Source: Octopus sinensis
Taxonomy: Eukaryota
Reading direction: 5' to 3'
Length of the DNA: 18,580 nucleotides
Assembly: GCF_006345805.1 (NCBI RefSeq)
Contig: NW_021824502.1
Span: 1 to 18,580 of the forward strand
The notes under the pieces are model-generated. The model ran no database searches. It was given only the letters and a program-made list of their open reading frames with translations, and was not told the origin of the DNA. Position 1 is the stretch's first letter, and every line of letters starts with the position of its first letter. Made by a program: the position numbers and the translations under genes. Positions 1 through 9,632 of this stretch are shown here, in pieces.

Positions 1-632
1 TCGACATGAAAATGGTCCAAGACACACTGCCAATGTGAGCATGCTTAAACTTCAGTAACTTCGGGCACTGGAACTGCTACCTTCCCATGGCAGCAATTCT
101 TATATAGGCGGCTAGCTGGCAGAAACGTTAACACGCCGAGTGAAATGCTTAGCAGTATTTCGTCTGCCGTTACGTTCTGAGTTCAAATTACGCCGAGCTC
201 GACTTTGCTTTTCACCGTTTCGGAATCGATAACTTAAGTACCAGTTACGCACTGGGATCGATATAATCGACTTAATCCGTTTGTCTGTCCTTGTTTGTCC
301 CCTCTATGATTAGCCCGTCGTGGGCAATAAAGAAATTAGAAATAAGAAATAAGAAACAATTCAGATATTCCTCCATCGGACTATCACTTTTACCGAAACA
401 TCGTTCATTTTATGCACTGATAGAGGTGGAACAATGTGGATGTCGTTGAAAACGGAACCTGGGAGTTTTTGCTCTGTAAACCAGCCAAATGGCATAAACG
501 TTGGATTGAGCTCCTGGCGCGACGATGACAAGAGACAATAGAATGTGACTGGATAGTGACAGAAGAAGCTTTTGTAGCAAATATAAATTTACACATCGAA
601 TCTAACTACGATACGTTGTTATGATAACCGTA
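1..632 (+). mobile_element. Decayed mariner-family transposase C-terminus, split by a SINE insertion
   Basis: Manual translation from nt 2 gives RHENGPRHTANVSMLKLQ*LRALELLPSHGSNS (cf. mariner HDNARPHTA...ELLPHP). After the SINE, from nt 358, it gives NSDIPPSDYHFYRNIVHFMH**RWNNVDVVENGTWEFLLCKPAKWHKRWIELLARR*QETIECD (cf. YSPDLAPSDYHLFRS...GIEKLxxRW). There are several stops. The right boundary is approximate and the element runs off the left edge. Confidence 0.7.
107..356 (+). mobile_element. tRNA-derived SINE, family A, full length
   Basis: A-box-like AGCTGGCAGAA and B-box-like GTTCAAATT head, central GACTTTGCTTTTCA..TTTCGG..CGATAA.TTAAGTACCAG module, and (AGAAATA)n tail. Closely matches the copy at 2428-2650. 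Degenerate TSD caattcttatata (94-106) / caattcagatatt (357-369). Confidence 0.9.
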
Positions 633-724
633 GATTTTTCTCACATTTAAATCTATATTATTCATATTACATGCTGTCCATGGCCATATTAATATACACT
701 CCTGCATAGATACACGTACATAAA

Positions 725-979
725 AGCACACACACATATACACACAAACACACACTCATATATATATAGATAAATATGTATATATATATATATACATATG
801 AATAAATACATATATGCACACAGATAAACACACATATATGTACATAATATATATATACAACATATATACATACACACACACATATATATAATGTATGCAT
901 TCTATATACGTATATATATCCTATATATATATACTATATATATATATAATATATAAATAATAATATATATTATATATCT

Positions 980-1015
<36 letters not shown>

Positions 1016-1035
1016 GTATATATATATAATATAAT
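725..1035. repeat. Compound (CA)n/(TA)n low-complexity microsatellite
   Basis: Visible directly; source of the YI/CV-rich ORFs. Confidence 0.9.
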
Positions 1036-1318
1036 GTATTGTAAATTGATCTCACATGAAGGCACGTGCGTAGAAATATGTGAATGTGAGTGTATATGTC
1101 TATGCATGTGTGAGGCTGAAAGTCAGAGCTTCTGATTGTGTATGTGTTTATGTACTTATATACGCATGTATGTATGTGCGCATGATACTGCTGGTGTGTG
1201 ATCACCCATCTCTCAGTATAAGTGAGAATACCGCTGTTACCGTATTATGAAGACAAACATGAAATTAATTCATTCCTGACATTTATATCATGCGAAAAAT
1301 AAATTAATTGCCAATTAA

Positions 1319-1349
1319 CCTCCCCTCCTCCTCCTACTCCTCCTCCTCT

Positions 1350-1386
<37 letters not shown>

Positions 1387-1408
1387 GCTGGCTGCTGCTG
1401 CTGCTGCT
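1319..1408. repeat. Compound trinucleotide microsatellite (CCT)n-(ACT)n-(GCT)n
   Basis: Visible directly. Confidence 0.95.
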
Positions 1409-1464
1409 ATTTTGTTTAGCAACTGTTGCATGTATAATGTACGTAAGTAGAAAATGCCAAATCC

Positions 1465-1559
1465 AGTATATACACGCATACACATGTTTGTGTATGTGTG
1501 CATGTGTGTGTGTATATATATATATATCTAAGCCTACACACACACACACACACACACAG

Positions 1560-1595
<36 letters not shown>

Positions 1596-1605
1596 TACAC
1601 ACACA
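1465..1605. repeat. Compound (TG)/(TA)/(CA) microsatellite
   Basis: Visible directly. Confidence 0.9.
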
Positions 1606-2427
1606 GACGCATACGAGAAAAGCAGCTGAAGTGAGGGGTAGTTTATTAAGAAGTAAAAGGAACGAAATAATGAGGCGAGATCAACCACAGAAACAACAAA
1701 ACCACCTCAACAACACAATCAGTATCAACGTAACTGTATAATTAGATGGTACGAGTTAGCGATTCTTCCTCAAGGTTGTTGCTCAAAATGCAAAAAAGTG
1801 TAGCGGTCAAATATTGGAAGATTTCTAACTACAGCTTGGAAAATTGAAGGTTGCATAAACTTCAGCATAAACAACATGGCCACTGAGTGTGTTCATGTAG
1901 CATCTCCTACATAAGCATAATCATCATATCTTGTCATAATCCATCTCAATACGGATTATGTCAATGACAAATAATGTCGACAAATCAATATAAATACGCA
2001 CGTGTGATATTTGAGTGGTGACGTCCGTTGCTGTCATCTTGGGGTTGTCTTTAGTATATGAGTCAGAGATAAAATAGGGTTTGCTAAGAAATAAATGTGT
2101 GAGAGAAATTTCCTTCGAGAGGAGAGAATCGCAGTGAGACAATTGTCTTTTTTAAATATACATATTTTATTATCTTTCTATATAATTCACTCCTATTTGT
2201 ATCTTGTTTTTGGCAAATAATATAAGTAAGAACTATAACTAAACAGCATGAACAGCTAATAGTATGGCTATCTGATCTGTTGAACATTGTCGCTGAATCC
2301 CCCTGTGATCGCAATCATACAAACTTCAAAATAATGAGGTGAAACATCTGTTCATGTAAGTTTGGGCACATCAGGATGGATATGACACAGTTGGAAATTA
2401 TTTTAGCGATGGTCTTTCTCTCTTGAG

Positions 2428-2650
2428 GGCGGTGAGCTGGCAGAAACGTTAGCACGCCGGGCGAAATGCGTAGCCGTATTTCGTCTGCCGTTACGTTCTG
2501 AGTTCAAATTCCACCGACGTCGACTTTGCCTTTCATCCTTTCGGAGTCAATAAATTAAGTACCAGTTACGCACTGTAATCGACTTAATCCGTCTGTCTGT
2601 CCTTGTTTGTCCCCTCTGTGTTTAGCCCCTTGTGGGTAGTAAAGAAATAG
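2428..2650 (+). mobile_element. tRNA-derived SINE, family A, near full length
   Basis: GGCGGTGAGCTGGCAGAAACGTTAGCACGCC...GTTCAAATTCC...TAAAGAAATAG. Aligns end to end with 107-356, with a short internal deletion after GCACTG. Confidence 0.9.
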
Positions 2651-2712
2651 ATATTCTCCATGTTATTGACCTGGGACGGAACGATAAGGTGATCATCAAT
2701 TAAAGAATAATG

Positions 2713-2865
2713 CAGTAATCCCTCGACTATCACGAGTGTTACGTTCCCCCGCGCCTGATGAAAACCCACGAAATAGAAACAGTACTGTACTGTATATTTT
2801 TATCATTTTTAGAATTGTATATATTTATTTTATTATAAATCCAAAACACTAAGAATCCACGTAAG
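2713..2865. mobile_element. Probable Tigger/pogo-type DNA transposon terminal fragment
   Basis: Starts CAGTAATCCCTCGACTATCACGAGTGTTACGTTCC, resembling recalled Tigger/pogo termini. No partner TIR is seen in the window and the right boundary is uncertain. Confidence 0.4.
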
Positions 2866-2996
2866 CTTACCTCTTTTAACCCAATATTCTTGTTTGAAGG
2901 CAGTTCTATTTGGTTTGTTTACTGCATAAAGGTTAACTGGATGCAAAATAGTGCTTGTTGCAATTATTTAACCATTGTATATATAAATATACATAG

Positions 2997-3413
2997 GGCG
3001 CAGGAGTGGCTGTGTGGTAAGTAGCTTGCTTACCAACCACATGGTTCCGGGTTCAGTCCGACTGCGTGGCACCTTAGGCAAGTGTCTTCTACTATAGCCT
3101 CGGGCCGACCAAAGCCTTGTGAGTGGATTTGGTAGACGGAAACTGAATGAAGCCCGTCGTATATATGTATATATATATGTATGTGTGTGTATATGTTTGT
3201 GTGTCTGTGTTTGTCCCCCTAGCATTGCTTGACAACAGATGCTGGTGTATTTATGTCGCCATCACTTAGCGGTTCGGCAAAAGAGACCGATAGAATAAGT
3301 ACTGGGCTTACGAAAAATAAGTCCCGGGGTCGAGTTGCTCGATTAAAGGCGGTGCTCCAGCGTGGCCTCAGTCAAATGACTGAAACAAATAAAAGAGTAA
3401 AAGAGAAAGAGAG
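2997..3413 (+). mobile_element. tRNA-derived CORE-like SINE, family B, full length with internal microsatellite
   Basis: A box TGGCTGTGTGG, B box GGTTCAGTCC, CORE-like CCTTAGGCAAGTGTCTT, internal (TA)/(TG) tract, tail GACTGAAACAAATAAAAGAG. Reverse-complement copies lie at 3567-3967 and 18356-18580. Confidence 0.9.
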
Positions 3414-3430
3414 AACATATATAGATATTA

Positions 3431-3520
3431 GACGGAGGCACGGCTGTGTGGCAAGAAGCGTACTTCCAAACCATATGTGTATGGATTCAGTCCCACTGTG
3501 TGGTACATTGTTTACGTGTC
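3431..3520 (+). mobile_element. Diverged 5' head fragment of SINE family B
   Basis: GACGGAGGCACGGCTGTGTGGCAAGAAGC...GGATTCAGTCCCACTGTGTGG aligns with the head at 2997-3075. Confidence 0.7.
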
Positions 3521-3566
3521 TAAAAATGTGTTTTGTGTGCGTGTATATATTGTTGTATTTCGGCAT

Positions 3567-3967
3567 TCTTTTATTTGTTTCAGTCACTGGACTGCGACCA
3601 TGTTGGAGCACCGCCCTTAGTCGAGCAAATATCGTTGTAAGCCTAATACTTATTCTATCGCTCTCTTTTGGCGAAACACCAAGTTACGGTGACGTAAACA
3701 CACCAACATCGGTAGTCAAGCGATGGTAGGGGGACAATCTCAGACACAGAAGTACATACACATTCATATATATACAACGGGTTTCTTTCAGCTTCCCAGT
3801 ACCAAAGCCATTCACAAGGCTTTGGTCTGGTTGGCCCGAGGCTATAGTAGAGGACACTTGCCCAAGATGCCACGCAGTGGGACTGAACCCGGAACCATGT
3901 AGTTGGTAAGCAAGCTACTTACAACATTCCTGCGCCTATGCACACAGCCCACAGCCACTCCTGCCGC
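3567..3967 (-). mobile_element. SINE family B, full length, minus strand, with rearranged 5' end
   Basis: Reverse complement aligns with 2997-3400 from the tail (TTATTTGTTTCAGTCA) to the head (GGAACCATGT.GTTGGTAAGCAAGCTACTTAC). The terminal TCCTGC motif occurs twice. Confidence 0.9.
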
Positions 3968-4089
3968 ATGTTTAGAGAGTGCTCCATTTTCAGCTCTATG
4001 AGATCCACTGACGATACACACACCCAGTCAGACTGATAAACACACATATATGCATATATGTACGCGCATGTGTATGTGAAGGTTCATTA

Positions 4090-4240
4090 TGCATTGGTTA
4101 GGCTGTTGTTTCGCCACTATCCGATTAATGATTCAACTTCTGGACCGCGATGCTCCTTGGGCCCGTTACGAAAAAACCTAATTTTACACCACTCTATTTC
4201 TGCGCAGCTGAAAATGAGTACCAACTGAATATCGGTGCTG
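4090..4240 (+). mobile_element. Old, degenerate CORE-like SINE related to family C
   Basis: TGGTTAG...GATTCAACTTCTGGACCG...CTTGGGC...ATTTTAC...CAGCTGAAAATGAGT is colinear with 10923-11050 (TGGTTAG...GTTCGATTCCCGGACCG...CTTGAGC...ATTTCAC...CAGCTGTAGAAATGAGT). Confidence 0.55.
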
Positions 4241-4601
4241 CCCTCCCCACGTGTCTATGTTCCGTTGGGTCAACCGTAGGATTGGCTATTCAATGTCCAA
4301 CAACTACACGGTTACCAAATCCAATCAACAAATTCATGTCAGAGCCTACAAAGTCACACACTTTTGCGTTTGGTGGCTCGGTTGTTTCTATGTATATTTG
4401 TTTAGTTGGAAACTGATGTTGTTAAGCTATAAAGGTTATTTTTATTTATCGTTTAATAGCGTCTAAACTACGAATTGTAAGTTTTAACTTATTAATATCT
4501 GACTTTAAAAGGAGTATAAATGCAGAATCTGTTTTATATATTGATGTTTGTATAACGCTTGAATATGCATTCAAATACAATATACGCGAGAGAGAATATT
4601 T

Positions 4602-4605
4602 GCGT

Positions 4606-4681
<76 letters not shown>

Positions 4682-4690
4682 CGTATGTGT
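4602..4690. repeat. (TG)n microsatellite
   Basis: Visible directly. Confidence 0.95.
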
Positions 4691-5070
4691 GATTGTAAAG
4701 TCGATGATTCGCTCCTTTGTTATTCGAAGTTTTATGCGTGGTTGAAATATAAAAGTGACAATCTCACCATGCGTGAATATTTTTGTAGTTAGTAAGTGAA
4801 TCGCGTAAACAAACAGACAGATCCCCCCCCACACACACACACATAGGCACACACACGTATACATACACACACACATTAATAAGTATTCCATAGCCCCAAA
4901 TACTACGGCATCACTGGGAACAAGACTAAGCATTTTCTGAAAAATAGTTGCATAATAATGAAATCAGTCGATTCGTCTCTGAATCTTCGTCCCCATATTC
5001 AATAATCTTTATAGTGCTTACTTTCATGGAGTCACAACTTCCATATCTAAATTTATATATATATATATAT

Positions 5071-5270
5071 GACCTCGTGTGTACCGTGGGCGATTTTTTT
5101 TCCTCTGTCTTCCTTCTCTGGATCTTTCCTTCTCCTATGTTTCCGACGAAGAGCTCCGCCCGAAACGTTAACCCCTCTTTCTTTCCTTCTTCCTGAGCGT
5201 CCAATATATATATTTGTTCCACGTCCTCGCGTTGTGTTTTTTTTTTTGTGCTTTCTTGTTTGGATTAACT
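5071..5270 (+). mobile_element. Probable Penelope-like element terminal-repeat fragment with degenerate minimal hammerhead motif
   Basis: A 200-bp complex island flanked by (TA)n on both sides. It contains GTTT-CCGACGA-AGAGCTCCGCCC-GAAACGTT-AACC (5139-5173), the C(U)GANGA...GAAA layout known from Penelope-element repeats. Confidence 0.55.
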
Positions 5271-5296
5271 TTATATATATACATATATATATATAT

Positions 5297-5900
5297 GGCG
5301 TTAAGATGACATATGTTAGATGACATATGTTAGATGACATATGTTACCTTTGTAAAGGAAGATTTTCGACTGTGGTTCAAAAAGCAAAAACCATGCATTC
5401 AAGTGAAAGCTGGTTTTCATGCAAAACAATTCCTAGTCTCGTGCAGCAAAGAATTCTAAGGAATACCTGCAGGAAATAGGCTTCTCTTGAGGTCATTTGA
5501 TGGAGTGGCCACCTTGTTCCACTGACTTAAACCCGATCGAGAAACTGTGGAATGTCCTGAAGAGGTGCGTTTACCAAGATGCACGGCAGATTTCAAGTAA
5601 AGTTGCTCTCTGGAACGATATTGTAAATGCTGCTCAAAGCATGACACAAGAAGGTAACATCACCTTGACAATTTCAGTGGGTCATCACGTAAGGAAGGTT
5701 AATGCATGTGGAGGATCATACATCAAACATTAGGAGCTGTATGACATCATAATCCCATGATTATTCTCATTCTTTATTATATTTACCATTAAGTCCTTTA
5801 TGAATATTTTTTTGTTAAACCTTTACTGTCGAATTAAATAAATGTTTCTTCTGACACAATTATCAATTTTATTATACTTGCATAATAATTTGTGGCAGTG
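5297..5900 (+). mobile_element. 5'-truncated Tc1-like transposon relic with D-37-E spacing (TRT-like) and right TIR
   Basis: GVKMT..., then in frame from 5416 FMQNNS*SRAAKNSKEYLQEIGFS*GHLMEWPPCSTDLNPIEKLWNVLKRCVY...GGSYIKH* (ends 5733). There are 37 residues between the decayed second Asp codon (AAC, 5425) and Glu (5539). The element ends ...ATAATAATTTGTGGCAGTG followed by TA (5901-5902). Confidence 0.85.
5304..5345. repeat. Three perfect tandem copies of the 14-mer AGATGACATATGTT
   Basis: Copies at 5304, 5318 and 5332. Confidence 0.95.
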
Positions 5901-6019
5901 TAAATGTTACCCAATCACAAAAATGGCCGCCATTTGTTGGCGTGTGAGCAGATCCAATTTATTTTAACAGAATATACGCAGAGAGGTGTTGCCAACAGTC
6001 AGTGAGAAAACAACAGGAT

Positions 6020-6327
6020 CTGTGAGCAAGGGAGCGTACTACTCACCTCTAGCTATTAGCAGTACCAGCTGATCATGTTTTCTGGGTTATTTCTCGTCCT
6101 TCGTACTGGGGAACAGCTGGCTACAGATGATAGACGCTCGACCTTACTTGCAATGTATAAACAGAGACGCAACAGACAGCGGCTGATCTCGTAACGAATC
6201 AAACAGCTAATTTTTAAAATCTCTAAATGAGATTTAAGTAGTAACGATACTGAACAGTGACTCAGAAACCATGGTCTGTTGGTACTGCTAATGGCTAGAG
6301 ATGAGTAGTGCGCTCCCTTGCTCACGG
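6020..6327. mobile_element. 308-bp foldback/MITE-like element with 72-bp terminal inverted repeats
   Basis: Arms 6020-6091 and 6256-6327 are complementary at 61 of 72 positions with no gaps. The interior is non-coding. The right end ACGG is followed by TA, but the left TSD is unclear. Confidence 0.8.
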
Positions 6328-6509
6328 TATATCAGACACAGATCATGTGTCGATTACCAGTTTGGGCAAGATATTTTGTTGAGGCTAAAAAGGTAGTAGC
6401 ATAGATCTGCGTACGAGAGCCATCTAACATTGGGAAATAACTTTACTGTTTACTATCTTTACTACATAAATTTCAAGAGATTTGAGAACGACTGTTTTGC
6501 TCACTATAT

Positions 6510-6547
6510 AAATAAATATATATTATATACATACATACGCACTATAT

Positions 6548-6579
<32 letters not shown>

Positions 6580-6626
6580 ATATATAATACACACATATAT
6601 ATTATATATATATACACACACACATA

Positions 6627-6659
<33 letters not shown>

Positions 6660-6727
6660 GTTTGTGTGTGTGTGGTGTGTGTGTTGTGTGTGGTGGTGTG
6701 TTTTTGTGTGTATGCATATATAAATAA

Positions 6728-6770
<43 letters not shown>

Positions 6771-6790
6771 TAATATATATGATATTATAT
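6510..6790. repeat. Compound (TA)/(TG)/(GATA) microsatellite
   Basis: Visible directly. Confidence 0.9.
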
Positions 6791-7314
6791 TATAGATATT
6801 AACGTCTCGAAATCTTCAATTCGTGGCCAATGTTTACATAATTTATAGAGTAATACAGATTTATAGATTACATACATTGTCGAAAACTCACTCCTTAAAT
6901 GTCATATGTTGTACCTCATGACAAGTAAACACGAAAGTTAAATGGCATGCATGCTTGCTTTTAAACTGCAAAATAAAAAAAAAATAAAAAATCTGTGGGT
7001 TGATATCTCTTTCCAAAAATCCACCTGAGTAAATATAGTTTAATAATTCAATTGAATCTTGTCAAGTATCGAAATGCATTATGTTCAATGCAGTGATATT
7101 AGATTTTGTTCGGAGTAGTTAGTTCCAATTTATAGCTTCTGGTGTGGTTTTAGATCTTTTAAAATGAACACGTCTGACAAGAGTGGAAAGCAAAAATACC
7201 ATTAGAAAAGAGTTGCTTTTAGTTTAAGTTTCACACAGCTACTTGTATTGAAAGTTTTTTTTTTAACTGTCCTTATTTACACACTGCCTGTATGTAAAAA
7301 GTTATACATAATGG

Positions 7315-7362
<48 letters not shown>

Positions 7363-7366
7363 ATAA

Positions 7367-7399
<33 letters not shown>

Positions 7400-7827
7400 G
7401 TGTGTGTACATATGTGTGTGTGGTGTATAATACATACATACACGTGTGGTATCGGGTTGTGTGTAAGTTAAAAAGCATATACACATACATACTACAAATA
7501 AATATATATATATATATAGATATTTGTATATATGTCTCCAAAGGTATGTATTTATGTATATACATACATGGATATATATGTGTGTGTACCTGTGTGTGTA
7601 CCTGTGTGTGTCGAAGTTGACAAGCATACACACATACATACAGCATATATATATATATATATATATATACAGTGTTTTTTTATATATGTCTCCAAATGTA
7701 TGTATATACACATGCATATACATAAGTACATATATACTTGTATATATATGTGTGTGTGTATGTGTGTGAATCTATTTAGCAATTTAAGTATGTATGTATC
7801 TATCTCTATGTATGTATATATATGTAT

Positions 7828-7875
<48 letters not shown>

Positions 7876-8160
7876 TCTTATAGACAAAAAGTACGCAGAG
7901 AAGTAGACACATGCACTCAAAAATATCCACACATGTACCGTCACTTATTTACCCACACGGATACCCATATACATATGCATACGCTTTCATCTATATGTAT
8001 ATGTATATATGTCTATATATATATATATATGCATGTATGTATGTATGTATGTATGTATGTATGTATGTATGTATGTATGTATGTATGTATGTATGTATCT
8101 GTGTATGTATGTATGTATGTATGTATGTAAGTATGTATGTATATATGTATGTGTATGCGT
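7315..8160. repeat. Extended microsatellite field (TA, TG, ATGT) including a degenerate ~150-bp tandem duplication
   Basis: (ATGT)n at about 8032-8155. Anchors AAGTT.A.AAGCATA.ACACATACATAC and TATATGTCTCCAAA.GTATGTAT each occur twice. Confidence 0.85.
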
Positions 8161-8479
8161 AATTATATGTGTCTGACTACGTATTCTTTTCCTCTTCAGT
8201 TTGCTTTAGCCATCAAGTGCAAGGTCACTGAATACATAAAATAAGACTTCCTACTAAAACATCTCAACGCTGTACATTTAGTTGGCAAGACATCCTATTA
8301 TTCTCGATGTTGACTAATAATATGTCCACTACGGCTATATTGTAAGACAGACCAACAAGCTTTTATACATTTACTCTCAATGTTGCTATTGATGACGGTC
8401 GGTACTGTTTATAAATTTATACATAATTACATTACATGTTGGCACAACTTTTCAAACTTATTTCGAGAATAAACATTCG

Positions 8480-8990
8480 CCTCTACTCTCTCATATATAT
8501 CATGATCTTTTTTACTTCTCTTTTCCTCTCTTTTATTTCCTGATTTTCTCCCATCGTTTCTCTCTTCGTATTAATCTATCACATCACATTCTCTCCACTC
8601 TACATATATCTTACTGCTTTCTTTTAATACCACTCAGTGTTCACTTACTTTCTCACTCTCTGCATCTCATTATCAGTTCTCATACGTTAAATCTCTCCCC
8701 CGTCTCTTTTTTCTCCCCCACTCTCTATGTGGTATACCTGTCCGTCTCTTTCACCCATCTCTCTCTCTAATGTCTGTTTATTTCATATACTGTTTTTTTC
8801 TCTGTCGGTGTCGCTTTCTATCTCTCAGTTACTTTATTTCTATCTCTATCTTCATCCAGTTTCTATTATATTATAATTTCGTCTGCTTTTTTGGTTTTGT
8901 TTATTTCTTTACTTTCTATGAAATAAACATCCGTTCCTTGTTTGTTTTCTGATTTCTCTTCTTTTAGTTCTTATATCCGTTTTATAATTT
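8480..8990. repeat. Degenerate pyrimidine-rich (CT/T) low-complexity tract
   Basis: Strong C+T skew on the + strand over about 500 bp. Confidence 0.7.
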
Positions 8991-9341
8991 TCCAGTTTGG
9001 CATAAAACTAAGTAAAAGAAGTATTATATCGCAAACGGACTTGGAAAATAGAAGGCAATAAGGGTTAACAGCAAAATTTAAAAAATATATATATATATAC
9101 ATATTTGTGAGGAAAAGCAACACAAAATAATAATAAATAATAATAAATAAATAAAATAGATAGATATTCCTTTACTGGCCGCAAGGGTACAATTTGGTGT
9201 GGCTGCAAAAAACTTTTAAAGCACATTTGAGATTTATATGTAAAACGACGTATTAACAGCTAATAAAAATAGATAAATATCCATATACTCATATATACAT
9301 ACATACATACACGTTTGTAGCTTTCTTCATAGAAACAAAAC

Positions 9342-9530
9342 GAGGAATTTGTGGGGAGAACAATCGATTTTGTTGACCCCAGTGTTTAACTAGTAATATA
9401 TTTGACCGACTCCGAAAAGAATATAAAGCAGTATTGATTTGCCAGGAATTGAACATAAATCTATATGAATTCTTGTGACTCGCTACATATTGTGAATATT
9501 TCTACCCCCAGATAATGCTAATCTCCTAGT
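9342..9530 (-). mobile_element. Old degenerate SINE family A copy (alternative tail), minus strand
   Basis: TCGATTTTGTTGACCCCAGTG.TTAACTAGTA...CGACTCCGAAAAG...GGAATTGAAC is the diverged reverse complement of the family A body and B box. Boundaries are approximate. Confidence 0.65.
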
Positions 9531-9632
9531 GACTCCTACTCTTCCTGCATAGATCAATAAGTTAGTGTCCCCTGTATTTTTAGTATCTATCCTACTAATA
9601 ACAGAATCCACTCTCCTAGTCATTTCTAGTCA

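Noticed and set aside
1924-2314. Two minus-strand ORFs in unique sequence
   Set aside because: Short, non-ATG starts, no recognisable motifs
2756-2792. Hammerhead-like CTGATGA...GAAACAGTACTGTA
   Set aside because: Neither stem II nor stem I can form, and it lies in a probable DNA transposon end
3229-3729. 166-aa ORF with complex-looking sequence
   Set aside because: It runs through three SINE pieces in opposite orientations, so it is a chance open frame
6056-6325. 89-aa ORF inside the foldback element
   Set aside because: It overlaps both inverted arms and has no transposase motifs
8480-8990. H-DNA or other functional role for the pyrimidine-rich tract
   Set aside because: Too interrupted and lacks a clear mirror repeat; most simply a decayed CT microsatellite
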